Part shown: piece after piece, positions 49,901-64,000 of the stretch
How positions within the stretch are numbered: position 1 is the first letter of the stretch
Layout of the letters: every line of letters starts with the position of its first letter
DNA from: Vicugna vicugna
Lineage: Eukaryota
Length of the DNA: 64,000 nt
Assembly (NCBI GenBank): GCA_013265495.1
Contig: MU057724.1
Span: 1-64,000, forward strand
Direction: 5' to 3'
Notes under the pieces: generated by a model
What the model saw: the letters and a program-made list of their open reading frames with translations, nothing else
Database searches by the model: none
What the model was told of the DNA's origin: nothing
Program-made: the position numbers and the translations under genes

Positions 49901-52900
49901 TGCCATTTAGGACTTTCTTCTTTTAATTGAAGTTGCCATTATCCTTTTATATTCATGTATGTTTTGTAAGCACTGCCTTTATAGTAGATACAGATACACA
50001 CATGAAAGCAGGCAGGTTCATTTCTTTAGCATTCTGTGTAGATGGAATGGTTTCTGAAGGATTATCAAGTGGTCTTTGCATAAAATTTTCATAATTCTTA
50101 TGCCAAGGTGCTCTAAATTATTGAAGTGTTTCTGTGCTTCATGATACTGTAGAATGTGATGAGAGTATATACTTCTAACAAATTTATAATGTGCATGATG
50201 ATTTTTATATAACATTAATATAGTGAAGGTGTTTTTACTTGGTTACATGGTCATATCATAGAAATACAGAGTAGAGTTGACTTTTTAATTAGTGCAAAAT
50301 TTTAAGCTTAGGCCTACTTCTGGCACAGTTTTGGGCCATGTATCCTTCATTATCAGTTGGTGTTAAGATTTAGATTAGTTTTAACACTCATCTGAGTAAA
50401 TCATATTTGGTTGAAAAAAGAAGCTTTTGTTTGAAGGTAAACCATATATATTTAAATTTTTTAACCTCCTGTGCTAGTGTTACTTAAAACTTAAACGTAA
50501 TTTGAAATAATTATTAAAAATACTTATGTTATAGTTTTGAAAGGGTAAGGTTTAAAGTCTATTATAATTTTAAAAGAATGAGTATTCAAAAATTCTCTAG
50601 TATTTAACTATGTTGAGAAAAATCACTTGCTTCATCTGGAATCTAGGCCATAAAACTATCAACATCAGAGCTGGAAGCTATGTATGCCTGTTGGCTTTGA
50701 CCTAGACACTGGATATGTGCTGCTGTAAGATGAGAGAGCTGTAAGAGTAGTAAATAATTAAGACTAAAAATTAAAGGGTTTAAGGGTGAATAAACAGACA
50801 TCTGTCATTTTGTTGTTGACTTTTGCCAGTGTAGACTGCTGAATGTTTGTGGTTTGAGTCTTGTTCAGTCTGCGCCCTCTAGGGCTCGTGGGTTTCCCCC
50901 AGCGTAGGAGGTGATTGTGCCCTGCTGTAGTTCACGGTGAGAATGAGTGATCCTGATGTTATACCAAGGCTGGCATTTTTGGAGTAGAAAAAAAGGAGGA
51001 TGGCAAAAACTAAAGGAAAAGACTAGTTCTTTTTTTCTGAAAGAAAGTATATAGACTCCCTGTCAAACTGTGTTTTCCTTGCCTTCTCATTTGCATCTTA
51101 CCTTTGTGGATGAGTTAACATAACCTGTATGGGAATGACATAACTTTACTACCTCTTACCTGTATTAACTGCACTGCAGGAGAGAACTGAACTGTGGCCC
51201 ACATTTTTCTTCACGGCTTTCTATGGAAGTGAGTCAGTACATTGTTTCTGGCTTTGCTTGCTGTCCCTCCCTCCCATGCTGGTGCAGGGTGCTTTGGAAT
51301 TTTCCAGGTATGTCATCAGAGGAGGAGACACGGAGGAGGGCCAGAGCAGGGATTCACAATGCTCAGGGAGGGTCCTAGTGATTGTTGTGGGAAGAATTGA
51401 AAGTAAGTCAAGTGAAGTAGGGATAAAAATAATTACCTTAACTAAAAATGTATAAAACATTGAAAGCCCTTATCATATTTCAGTATCTTTTATCATCATA
51501 TTTTAAAACTATTTTAAAATGTAAGCTGAGATTCTTTTTAGTGTGGATTTCGACACCTTTTTTTTTGTGTTTGTGCCAAGAACACAGTGTTCTGTTAAGT
51601 CATTCAGTGACGATGATTGCTGGCTTGCTGCCAACCAGGGTCAAGTTCATTCAGATAAGTTTCAGTGTAGGTTCTGCAGTGAGTGAGGAACATTCCTCTT
51701 GTCTTGGCATGTTAGGTGGGTCTGGAGAATTAGTTGTTTTAAAACAAGATTATTAGTATTTTTTGACTTTTAGGGATTTTTATTTGTGGCTTCAGTATAC
51801 AAACAGTGCTTTTGATGCTGATGCCACCTTCTTGTCTGTTTATTGACTCCCCGTGCCTGAACTGGTGAAATATCACTGCTCTCCTAACCATACCAGACAA
51901 GTGTCTAGTAGGTATCGCATGAACTCTGCTGTGTCATGTAGGTATTGCTTTATACCACTGAAGAGAACACACAATATTCAGAAAGTGCTTTTCTCAGTCA
52001 CATATGCGAAATAAAACTCGAAAAGGTGGATCAGAAGCAAGAAAAATACTATAAAAATATACCCATCTTTAAGGATTTTATTCATCCTTTCATTCATTAG
52101 AGTGAATGGTTCTTTCTCTGTTTCTTGGGGTCTTTTTTCCTTATTTACCATCTTTGTTTCCCCATTACTGAAATGCATTGCCTCTGTTGTATTAAAAATG
52201 CAGTCAGTACACAGATAAAGATTAGAGCCTGAAAATTATACATGTTTAAACACATTTTTTCTGAAAATATTTAATTTGCTTATGTGTGAGTGAGTAAACA
52301 AATATATCTTGCCTTTTAACTAGCTCACTACATCTTCAGAAGATAACTTTTTCCTCTATTTATTGAAGTATTTAGCCAAAGTGATTATGTTTGTGTAGAT
52401 ACTGATAAAGGTTTTAAAGAAGGCTTGCATTAGTGTCTCTTGGAATACATGATCTTTTTTTTTCCTGGTAATTTCTGTTTCTTTGATTTTTGTGATTGAC
52501 CACTGTCTTTCTTACTCATTAATGCCTTTCTGGAACCTGGCAGGATGCCTTGTCTTCAGCTGCTCACTATGCACTTACTCAGAAGCTGGCCAGTTAATGG
52601 ACAACAGTCACAGGTCAGACTTGTGATGATGGAGCATTTAGGTGTGGGAACTTATTTTTATATCATAAAAAATAATCAAATAAAGCAAGTAAATCACAAA
52701 CATATACTTTCATAGGCTTATATTAAGTATTTAAAACCAAACATGTTATCAGAAGCTGTTATATAAACATTTCTTTGGAGTATTTTTCAGCATGGGTTAC
52801 TCTGGCTGGTCTTCCAGTGAAGCTTGAACAGAAGAAACATTTTTTTGTCCCCATTAAATCTTCCTTTGGCAAAAAGACTACTTGATCAGTCTCCCATGGA

Positions 52901-55900
52901 TCTTTGAATGGTATTAAGATTTTAAGGCAGATTGAATGTGCCTGAATGTCTCAGAAAGCCTTAGAATGTTAAATGCTGGAAGGAACATGCTACTTCTTTC
53001 TCTCCTTCCTCAGGAGGCATGCTGTGTTAGTTGAAGGTCAGGGTTTGGGCACTGTACCCCAGCTCTCTTCCTGCTCCACTATGCCCTTTGTCATGGCTGC
53101 CAACAGTCACTGCCTCGCCTGCCTTTCTCCCCAGCTGGATGGCATTTCTTGAGGGTGGGCTCATCATGAATGAGTGAGTGAATGAGTGAGTGGAGAGAGG
53201 CAAGACATGCAGATGGATGATGGCAGGGACTTCAGAACACTGCTGGCAGAAGACTCACATACTCATGGTACCTGTGTCTGTGATGAAATCATAATTGAAT
53301 GCAGCTATTTAAACATCCAGTTCTCCTGAAAGTAGAGTTGGTGATATTATCTTTTTTACTGTGTGTATATTCCCTTAAACTTCTCTACTTTTCATCAGAC
53401 AGCTTTATGCCTGTAATGAGGGAGCATAATTTCTCATTCAGTGATGACTCCCTCAGAGTGTCTGTCACTACTGAAGCTTTCATATTGTAGTTGAGGATAC
53501 TGAACAATACATGCATCCTGATAACATCAGAATTTTCAACTGTGAGAAAAATTAAGTGGAGAAAGATTCTGTACTTCATTAAGGAAATGAGTTAAAGGAA
53601 TGAGTGTGTAATAAGTACGCATGATCACAGGGCCTGGCCATTTGAGAACCTTTTATCAAATTTTTATGTGATCATTAAATTTCATGTAGACAGCTCATTA
53701 GCACAGTTGACGTGTCCCATCGGTTGAATATGTGGTGATGATCTGTATAACTTACCTTTTCGGGAGAAGTTTTAATGGAAACCTTTCTTGAACAGACAGC
53801 ACATTTGTGGTGGGTAGGGGCAGGGAGGGTTTGTATCTGAGACTTAAAGTAAGACCAATATATACATAAAGTATTCAGTGCCCTAGAATCTTGGGCACTG
53901 AACTTCAGTTTTCAAAACTTGTAAAGACATCTGCTGTTTTGTGGGTGCCCACCTGATACATAGAGTGCTACAGAATCTCGCTTACATTCAGTTTCTCATT
54001 CAGTTTCCACAGTGACCCTGTTGAGATAGGCATTACTGTCTCTATTTTGCCTATGGGATAACCTGGCTGTGTCTCAAATTAAAAACTTGCCCAGCATTCC
54101 TCCACTGGTAAGGGGCAGATGAGGACAACCAGCAGAATCTTTGGGTTAAATCCTAGGAGAAGAATCTCCTTACATTCTAATCAGTTTAAGTTCAGTGCTC
54201 ATGTAAAAGGTTTTGAGTCTTAAATAAGTAGGAAATTAAGGAATAGGAGGAAGTGTGAATTTTTCAGCCAGGCTTGTAAGGGAATACATAAACTAGTTTG
54301 CTTCTTGTTCATCCTTTATTTAGAGTCTTCCACCTAAATTTTTAGCCTTGACACACCTTGGTATTTGGATCTGAGAGAGGGAAAGTCATTCCACCATGTT
54401 TCCACATCCCAACACCCACTCCCCAGCTACCAGCCAGAACTAGCTGTGCTTATCTCACCTGTAGTGGAGACTCAGTGCACTGCTCTACATGGTGTGTGTC
54501 TTAGAATTTTTAAAGATATCCCACTAGGTTCTAGGATATCTACCTGAAAAAAGGACCAAGTGGAGGGGTTGAGGAAGGTCAAGAGAAGGAGGACATTTGC
54601 TTGAGTCAGACTTTTTTCCTTTATCTTATTTTTACTCCATCAGTTCACTTTGGTTATGGGTCACGTTCTTTCTGTGGTATGATGGAGCAAGGTAGCATTT
54701 ATTTCCCTCACTATACGATTTCTGGTTCTGTTGTGTTTTTGAGCCAAATTTCTAAGAGGGAAAGCACACAGAACCTCAAAGTCATTTCCATAAATATGTG
54801 CTTCTGTTTTGTTTTTCACTTATAAGAAATTTGAAATCTGGAATTTTGGGTTCTGAAAAACATAATTGAGGAAGGAAGTGGGAGGAAATAAGGAGAAAGG
54901 AAAGGAGATTTCTTATGTGTTGAGCATGTAGTGTTTTAAAGCTGCGTGCAGGTCAGTGAATGATATTAGAGAGCATGAAATATAAATATACATATCTGTG
55001 TTTCAGCAAATTTGTGAGTATTTACTCACTGAAGTGTGTGTGGCTTACACATATTTTATTCTGATGGTCTTTGCTTTCCACCCTGGTCCGAATTGCCATC
55101 CTTATTTATCAAATCTGTTTACAAGTAAACTGGGCTTTGAGCTGACCATCTTATTTTAAAGGAATACATATCTTATTTTTTCCCAGATAATCATGTGTCA
55201 AAAATAATAGGTTTACAGTGTACGCTCACTCCTGAGTTAGGCTTGTTTCCCTGTGGTGACTGGTGACAAGACCTAAAACAGATATTCTTAATTTAAGATG
55301 AAGATTTAAGGCTCAGATCTCCTTTTATCTACCCCACAACAAGTTTTGTGAAGAGAAAACAAAATTAAATACATTCACATTAGTTCCCTCTGTAGTTGTC
55401 TCTAAACATGGAATGTCATTGGCTTAGATTGTCTAACAAGGACTTCTCAGTTCAAGAGCACTTTCTGACCCTTATATTACTTCAGAATTTTAAAGATTTT
55501 GTTTTCATGTAATATGTCCCCCACCCCTTTCTAAATGGGTTCTAGTCCTGCTCATAGTTATTTACATTTAAGAAGTTGGGATGTCATATACACACATACA
55601 CACACACTCCTCTTGCTGAATTTTCTCTTCATTATTAACTCTTAACCACAGTGTAATTTTTTTGTAGTCTTTTTAGCTAGGGGTAATTAAACATTTTTGT
55701 ATAATTTATTTTCATTTTAAGACAATAACTCCAGTGTGACTGCGATTTTATAGACATCTGGTGATGAGAGTGAGACATAATGGTCTCAGACCCTTGTATT
55801 TGTGTATAGTTTTAGTAGATTTCTGTTTTAGGTTATTATCTGTGACACTTTAGAGGAAAACTTCATATCGCCTCTGTTACCATTGTGTTGGAACACTGTC

Positions 55901-56589
55901 AATCCTGTATGTTGACAGCATCGCTCATTTGAAAAGCACCACAGTCAAGGCTTCTGCTGGTTTGGGAGTCTTAGGTCCCAGTTCTGTGCATCAGAGCAAG
56001 TGAAGGAGCCCTCATTTTGGCTGTACCTACAGGGGCAAAATGGAAAAGACAGTTGATGAATACAGAGCAGTGACTTTATGTCTTATCTTTTCTACTGGGA
56101 TGAGATGTGGTATGAATTTGCTTTAATTCTTTTTCCTGTTTTCCTCGAAACTTAACCACTGCAGGTAAACTTGAGATTTTGATCACTTAGTCTTATGGCC
56201 TATAGAGTTTGTAAGTGTCCTCCAGTTTAGGGTAGAGAGCATCCCGCCTCTAAAGAAAGTACAGTCGTTGTGTGTGTGTTGCATATATTTTTCGTGTCTC
56301 AAGAGTATGTCATGAATGATACAGTTCTTATTTTGGAATGTACCACTAGCTTTCTCTTCCACGGTATTCTTCCTACTCCAAAAAAATGGATCCTCAGTAA
56401 CACCAAGCCACAGCAGTGGCTCAGGATTGGCTTTCATACCAAATTGTAAGTACGTATGCATGTGTGTAAAACTGTTCGAAAGACCCTGGAACAGTTTACC
56501 ACTCTCTGTGACAGAAATGGGGAAACAGGCAACAAAAATCATTGCTATGTGGCTGGTTATTTCTCAGTAGTCCCTAAGCAGCCAAATAA

Positions 56590-56960
56590 TAATCACTCTC
56601 CACTTGTAATTCAGCAAGCCTGGAGAAATTTATTCCGCTCACCTTACTTGTCATTGATCAAGCTCCAGGGCAGGAGGCCTGTGAATGCATGTGGACCCGG
56701 GCAAGTGGGACCCAGAGGGCCTGACCCAGTACAGGGGCTGTAAGTCCTGGTCAGCTCTTTACTTGCGAGAATGTGATTCCAGCATTGCCAGAGCCTCTCA
56801 ATTTCAAGAGAACCTATCAATCCAGATCTCTGTGTGAGATCTTCCAGTTTCTACATGTAGACAGCTAGTTCAAAGAAAAGTAAAAACCAAAAGTGAAAAA
56901 TTCTGTAGGGCAAAAAGCAAAACCAAAAACATTTCTGTGGCTGCAGGTTTGCGTCCTGTG
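56590..56960. mobile_element. hAT-Charlie element (MER102-like)
   Basis: gagaatgtgattccagcattgccaga..tttcaagagaa..aatccagat..tgtgagatcttccagtttct resembles the recalled MER102 consensus. Confidence 0.5.
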
Positions 56961-57513
56961 CTTTTAAGTATCTTGTGGTGCCCATCAGCCTTGTTCTTGG
57001 AATTGCCAGACCACAAACATTGCTTTGGTGCTGTTTGCATTTATGGTAGGATAGGACTTTGATTCAACATTTATTTAGCGTTTTTGGTGAACATTTTTCA
57101 CACTTTGCTTAAATGCTGTTGTGCTTATTAATATTGAAAATAAGAGGTGAATGATGCTGATGAAACTAAAAAAAAAATATTACAGCTGATAAACAGATTA
57201 AATGACCACATTACGTAAATAAAAATATCTAAAGTGTTAATGCTGTGACCTCGAGTAGGTTCAAAACTGCTCTGACTTCAGTTTTATCATCCCTAAAATT
57301 AGGACAGTAATATCTATTAGACCTTATTGTCAGGTTCAGGTGGGGCAATGTATGAGGATGAAAGAGCTTTGTAGACGAGTGCTCTGTGGTGGGTGTTCCT
57401 GCATCCTTGACTCGAGTTTAGGCTTCACTGGAAGAGCCATTGCCACCTTGTTGGCCTAATCTGGGCCAAAAGTGTCAGAGGAACCCTGGCTGTGGTTTCA
57501 GGCAATGTTTTTG

Positions 57514-57648
57514 TTTTTTGTTTTTCTTTTTTTTTAATTGAGGTATAATTGACATGTAACAATATATTAGTTTGAGGTGTACAGTAATGATTTGATATTT
57601 GTATATTGCAAAATGATCGCCACAGTTAGTCAAGTTCACATCCACCAA
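57514..57648 (-). mobile_element. 5'-truncated L1 3' end with 12-bp TSD
   Basis: Poly-T followed by aattgaggtataattgacat... TSD gcaatgtttttg at 57502-57513 and 57649-57660. Confidence 0.85.
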
Positions 57649-58124
57649 GCAATGTTTTTGATCCTGTAATGTCAAAGTAGGTTTTATTTTTTTTTCATGT
57701 GAGATGTAGAGCCTACTCCTGGATGAGGAACTAACTCCACTAGCTGGTTAGGTCTGCTTAGTTGTTTAATTACTGGTTGGCAGGCCCCAGTTTCTCTTTA
57801 GCTCACAGATAGAATTCGCATTTGAAAAATATTCAGTGTTCGTTTGATTTCTTTCAGTTGTAACAAATCTTACAAACTATGATTTGAGTTTCTGAAACAC
57901 GGTATGTTTCTCATAGTCTTTTCAGTGCCATTTCTGGTAAAGCAGGCCTCATAATCCAAAAATATTTGCTAAAATGTACCTCTATCTTTAATAATTAAGT
58001 TTTTTTTTTCTTTGAGTTTGTTGTGAGAGCCTATCTTGGATCTGTAACTACTGCAAAATCTTGGGTGAGTTTCCAGGCTTCTCTGCATGCATATAGGGAG
58101 GTAGCAGATGGAGATTCTTTAATT

Positions 58125-58640
58125 TTAGTTTTTTAATTGATTTGGTTTTTAATTGAAATATATTGGACACATAACACTGTATAAATAAATTTAAGGTGTA
58201 CAGCATGTTAATTTCATACATTTATATATTGCAGTATGATTGCAATTGTAGCAATAATCAGCAGCTTTCTGAGTTGCATAATTATCATTTCTTCCTAGTG
58301 GCTGGAATTATTAAGTTTCAGTCTCTCAGGAAGTTGGATAATTATAATACATGATTGTTGTCTATATTCATGATGCTGTACATTTGTTAGATCTCTAGGG
58401 CTTATTTACTACCTGCTGAAAGTTTGTACCCTTCCACCACATCTGTCCTGCCCTACACCCCCTACCCCCTGGTAACCACCATTTTACTCTCTGCCTTTAC
58501 AAGTTTGGCTTGTTTAGATTCCACGTGTAAGTGATAACCATGCCGTACTTCTCTTCCTCTGTCTGACTTAGCTCTTTTAGCTTAATTGTCTCCAGGTCCA
58601 TCCACATGGTTGTAAATGGCGTGGTTGGGCAGTCTCTTCT
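58125..58640 (-). mobile_element. L1MA-type 3' UTR fragment
   Basis: tttaaggtgtacagcatg..cccctggtaaccaccattttactctctg..ttagattccacgtgtaagtga. Confidence 0.8.
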
Positions 58641-60703
58641 GTGGGATGAGCAGCCTCGTATGTGCAGTTACCTTCTGTCTGCCCTTGCAGTAGGCCTGTG
58701 GCTGTTCTCCTGGATGTGTCTGTGCTGTGTACAGCACAGCACCCATCTCAGATGAAGGAGTCCACAAATATTTGGGCGTGTTACCTCTATGACTTGTTTT
58801 CTTACACAAGAGAAGATCTGGTAAAGACATATATGTGTATTTCTGGAAGCATCAAGCTTCTTCTTGGGCATTGAGCTTTATAACAGACCGTGGATAATCT
58901 GCCCCATTTCCGCACTTGCAGAGGTAGCTCTGCCTGGCCTCTGTAGGTACCAGGTTCACATGGTCCACACACCACAGGCAAGGATGGAAGCCTCCTCACT
59001 CCTGCTCCATCTGCCCACAGTCCCCTTCCCCCAGTAGCCCAACACCATTATTAAATTCTTCCAGAGATGTAAATAAATGTATATGAAAATCTGTCTCCTG
59101 TCCTTCTTAGACGGGAGGCAGCATACTTGACATACCATGCTCCACACGAAGGGCACATTTAGTGTGCCCATATCTTTCTGCTCTGGCTCAGGAAGTCTCG
59201 TTCTTTTTACCATGGTGTCGCGTTGTCCCAGCACGTGGTGATATCCTTGTTCATTTAGCTGTTCCCCTCTGGGTGGACTTTCAGATTGTTTCCCATCTTT
59301 TACTTATGAAACAAAGCACATGACTGAGAGTTTTACACATGAAAATGTACATTTTCCAAGTTCTATTCCTCTTCCTACTTTAAAACTTCTTTTGCTATGT
59401 TTTCAACATCTAGAAGAAGTAGTTTATTGTCCTAGAATCTGTTTTCTATTTACTCCTATTTTAAGAGTCTTAAATATTTAATTTAAACATTAAATAAATT
59501 GACTTGTATGCAACTCTGGACTGTTAGTCATTTTATTACCTCATTCTTGTAGAGACCAGAGTGGGTGGCCTACTGTATTAACCTCTGTTCTAAAGATGTT
59601 CTTCCAGGCAAGGAGAGGTAATGATTATAAAAACAAGTGAAAGCTTAGGACTACAGTTGTAGATTGGATTGGGGGGGGGAGTACTGATTCTTTAGTTTCT
59701 TGTATGTGCTGCATAAAATGCTGAGGGATTGAAAAAGAATATGTCTGAATGTACACTTCATATCCACGGAGAGAGATCTTGATAAAGTGGGAGAGAAACA
59801 GTGCACCTGTGGAGAAGTGGCAGGAGTCAGATCAGAATACGGCTGATGCCCAGCGGTGTGGGTGCAGGGGCTCTTGAGGCAGATGATGATCAGAAAAGCC
59901 TTCGTGAGCTGCAGGCATGTCTGACTGAGAGAGCAGTGCACAGAGCCTGAGATGGGACTAGAAAGGTGAGATGTCCAAGAGGCTGACTCTGCGATGTAGA
60001 GTAGGATTATTGGGCTCCAGCTATGAGTTTGGAGCCCAGGGAATGCTGAGTGTTGGTCTTAGGTCCTAGGATGAAGAGGGCTGCTCTGGTTCCCTTGTGG
60101 GGATTGCCGAGTCATCTGAGTGATGTGTTGGGGACTTCATAGACATGTGTGCATGGACAGAAGGAGAAGAAAAGGAAGTTCCGGGGAGGTTAGGTTAGGA
60201 GACCAGTGTTTCTAATGACCCCATTCTAGACACAGAGTGTGCTGAAGAATGGAAGGGGGAAGGGAGAGTGTTCAAATTTGTTGATGAGTTAGTTTCAGTT
60301 TGGTTTGATGTCCAAGTGAACAGAGGGTAAAATATAGATAAAATAATCAAGCTAAGGCTGATGTCCCGGAACACTAGCTACCTGCTGGTATAATGAAAAT
60401 CAGAAAGGAATGACTGAAGGAAAAGGTTAGTAGTTCAGTTTTATCATGTGAGGTTGAGTGAGATATTCAAGTGTAAGTGTCTCAGGCCTTTGTAAGTGAG
60501 TAAATTAAGGATACAAGAGCAGGAGATACAGATTTAAGAGTTGTCTATAATTTTTTGCTTTTTGCAATCTCAGGATTGAACAGTAAAATCATTATACAGA
60601 GAGAACCCAAGTACCCTATTTCTAATCAGTACCATAAAATTCTTCCCTTGATGGTAAGTATTTTGATGCCAAGTTTTTGTGGTTTTTGAGTTTTCTTTAT
60701 AAA

Positions 60704-61299
60704 TTGTGGTAGGTGGAATTCTAAAATGGCCTCAGCATCCCTGCTTCCTGCTGTACCTTGCATAACCCTTCAGACTTGACTAGGGTGGCATTTACTCCCA
60801 TGTCTAGGTTTTGTTATATATAGCACAGTGGACTTGAAAACTAGAGTTGATCCTTGGTGGGCCTGAGCCCTTTAAATCTGGGTCTAGAGGTCAGAGACTG
60901 AGGAAGTCAGAGATTAGAAGTATAAGAGGGATTTATGTAATATTACTGGTTCACAGTTGGAAGAGGCCACAGGGCATGGATGTGGCAGCGTCTTGGAGCT
61001 CAGAGTGGACCCTGGCCAACAGCCAGCAAGGAAGTGGAGACCTCAGTAATAAAGCTGAAAGGGGCTAAATTCTGCCAATAAAAAGAATGAGCTTACAACC
61101 AGATTTTTCTCCAGAGCCTCCAGGGGAGAACTAAGCCCAGCCAGTACCTTGATTTCAGCTTCGTGATACTGTAGCAGAGGACTCAGTTTAAACATGCAAG
61201 ACTTGTGGCCTAGAGAACTACTAGCTAATAATAAGCCAGTGTGACTATAGTCTCCTGAGTTTGTGGATACTTGTGTAACACATGATAGAAAAACTAACA
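60704..61299 (+). mobile_element. MaLR LTR (MLT1E/F-like)
   Basis: tgtggtaggtggaattctaaaatggcc..gccaacagccagcaaggaa..aattctgccaa..accttgatttcagc..aaactaaca. Confidence 0.78.
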
Positions 61300-64000
61300 T
61301 AAAGCTTGGGAACAGCATTTAAAGGGCACAGATAGTGTAATTTATTATGTAAACCCACATGTTTAAGACAGTGGGAATATGTGAACATAATGAAGTTAAT
61401 TAAGTAGCTGGCAAGAAGTTCTGCTGCTGGCGTCTTGCACATTCACAGAGCCACATTCACTGTCCTTCCCTTTGGGAGCCCTCTTTGACCCCCTTCCCCT
61501 CCAACCCCTGGGCCTGGCTTCCCGCCCTTCTTGCACACCCTGTAGCACTCGTCCTTCCCCCTTTCCTAGCATGTAGTGCACTCTGTAGAGGCAGATTATT
61601 CCCTGTCTGTAAATGGCCTGAGTCTGTCTGAGTGTCTGCAGCGGCAGTGTCTCGCAGAGCACTTGGTGTTCTGCACTTGTGTTGAATGAAGAGGCGAAAG
61701 GAAGGTAGGACCATTAGAGCACAGTGACTCAAAAACCCAACTAGAAATTGTAGGATGATGATTATCAGTGGTTCACAGAGTCAGAGGGAGCTGAGAAGTT
61801 AAAAGGATGGTTTTGCCACTCTTGATTGTGGACCATTTAGAGTAAAATGCTAAATGCTAAAACAAGATTTCAGAAATAAGAATTAAAAAGCAAATCCTTG
61901 GTGCCTCACATCTCCTGCAGAGGTGAACATGCTGTGGGTCTTGATAGAGAGAAGTGACATGGTCACACTCACTTCCTACACGGTAGAGAAAGTCGCACAT
62001 GGTCTTTTATGAAAAACTGTTAGTAGCCTCCTTCTTGTTAATACCACTATTAAATATTTATAAAACCTATTACTGACTAAAAACATATATGAGTACTGTT
62101 TCTTGTTTAATGGTGGAAAACGACTGCTCTGTGAATATAAGCAGCTGGGAAAGAATTCTGGACATGATAAAAAAATTTAAAAGAGAGATAATTGGGTGGG
62201 GCATGAAGTTTCTTTTGAGTTTCTGTCATCCACAGATGAAAGGGATGGAAACAACTTCTAGAGGTTCCTTAAACCTTATCATGAAAGTTGTATTAAACTA
62301 CAGACAATAACTTGGGCTATTTCATTTCATGCCAAGGAACTGACTAGTAATGTTTTCTTTGTGACTAGGATACATTTTGTAGGCAAGTGAAAGTAAACCC
62401 TAGGAGAAGTTATGATTTATCATAGAGCCCAGAAGCTCATTGGGGAAGGGTTTGTATGTGAAGAGGACAGTGCAGGGCATCTTCAAATGAAGAGGAACAT
62501 AACCAAGATTCTTACTGGGTAGGAGCAGATGAGTGAGAGCAGTCTTCCTCTGTCCCTTTAAGTCGATATCAACATCAGAATTTTTCCAGAAAAGCTTTCT
62601 TCAAGGAATAGAGAAGGAGAACAGCAGCTCCTAACAGTTAATGAAGACATGATTTGACTTCTGTGGGCAAGCTTTACCCCAAACTGCATTGGCAAAGTTT
62701 CAAATTATAATTAATGATAGCCTGAATATTTTAAGTTTTAAGTATATGTAAGACCACAAGTCATTTCTTCAGTATTTTCTCAAGTTCTTAAGACACTTAA
62801 TTCTCCCTCTTGACTTCCTCTTCATCTTGGAAACTGCAATTTCCTTGGTAGGAACAACTTCCTGCTGGGCACCACTGTCTTTGGCCACTTCTGTCTTGAA
62901 TGCCCTGTGTTTTCACCTAGAGCCATAACTGCATTGCAACACAGGCCATTTCATCATCCTATGAGTTGAGAAAGTCAAGCAGGAAATCACCAGTTGACTG
63001 TCCCCAGTGCAAGCTTCGTGTTTCTTGGTTGCTGTGTCATGATAGGCAGTTATGAAGGGGATGCTTTATAGGAAGAACCTCTTTTCTAGGGTATGTTTAA
63101 GAGTCTAACTATCTGGGGAACAAAATACATGTGGAAAGAAAATATTTTCATCACAGTTTGAAAAAGATCCTATTGTTCAGGGCTGTTTTCTACAGCCATA
63201 TTAAATCCACTCATTTCCAACAGCGACTCTTTTGATTTGTCTATCTCTTTCTATTTTTTAAGTATGTTGTCAACCCCCTACCCCCCGCCATTGTATGGGT
63301 GTCTTTTCCTTTAACAGAGTGGAAAATAATCTCCATTTATCTTCCATTCTCTCCTGTGTTCTATGCTTCAGGTCTGTTGTGTTCTGTTAATCGCATCTTC
63401 TCTACACAGGAGCTGATTTCATGATTATCTCTTGAAAAGGTGGTTTCCTAGATGTAACAATGGGTCAGAACAGAAGTGTTTAACCTATCCAGCAAGTAGT
63501 ATCTGTAAATTTGGTTGTGGTCTCCTGGAGGATCTTTTCGTTTGTGTGACATCTATTATAGAAAGAACACTGTCTGCTCTCCTCCCAAAGCAGAAGGAAC
63601 CTCTTTAGTTTCCTTCTCCATCAAATGCAGAAGTGGTGCAAAGTTTATTTTCCCTTTGTTGCTGTTCAGATGGAACAGTTGCACCTACGGCTCCCAACAC
63701 ATAAGGGAAAGTTATAGTGGGAAGAAAACATTTTTCTGCTATTGTTATTTAGGGAGCAGATAAAGAGAAGTTTTCAGTGAGTGATGTGGTCAGACTTTAT
63801 TTCATATTCTCTCTTAGAATAAATTTTTTTAATGCCAGTCTATACTCTTGGAGCCACGCATCCAAAAACTAGGTTAGGCTTTCAAGTTCACTGTCTCAAA
63901 GAAGGACAGACATGTATACAAACAGGACATAGACATTTAGTAATAGAAATGGGTACATATGTAGTGGTGGCAGAAAGAAAAGCCCTTTGTGGGTTAGGAA

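Noticed and set aside
19759..64000. Search for SPIDR exon 6 (PSSIEILEYSSDSE-like)
   Set aside because: No matching reading frame found by eye; ccaagttcta near 59356 does not continue correctly. Consistent with a very long intron 5.
50000..64000. Many 60-120 aa ORFs in the distal intron
   Set aside because: No recognisable domains or consistent splice structure; consistent with random ORFs in intronic and ancient-repeat DNA.

Overview
Mammalian, almost certainly camelid, genomic DNA (vic-1-type tRNA-derived SINEs are present). The window starts with about 170 bp of degenerate (CCCTAA)n telomeric repeat fused directly to the inside of an old L1 ORF2. About 5.2 kb inward is a CpG-island promoter and the first five coding exons of SPIDR (KIAA0146, scaffold protein involved in DNA repair; + strand; 199 codons; all GT-AG). 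The rest of the window is its very long intron 5, and no exon 6 was found. Introns are dense in repeats: L1 fragments of several ages, one near full-length decayed L1, a near full-length Tigger1, MITEs, MaLR/ERV solo LTRs, MIR/L2 and SINEs. The most notable feature is at about 35.16-36.19 kb: a heavily decayed endogenous filovirus-like nucleoprotein (NP) gene fossil, invisible in the ORF track. By manual translation across frameshifts it is collinear with roughly residues 70-405 of ebolavirus NP. Other points of interest are a probable L1 3' transduction, an internally primed 3'-truncated L1 insertion, and a duplicated CCAAT-to-start-codon module in the SPIDR promoter. All family assignments and alignments were made by eye from recalled sequences, not by database search.
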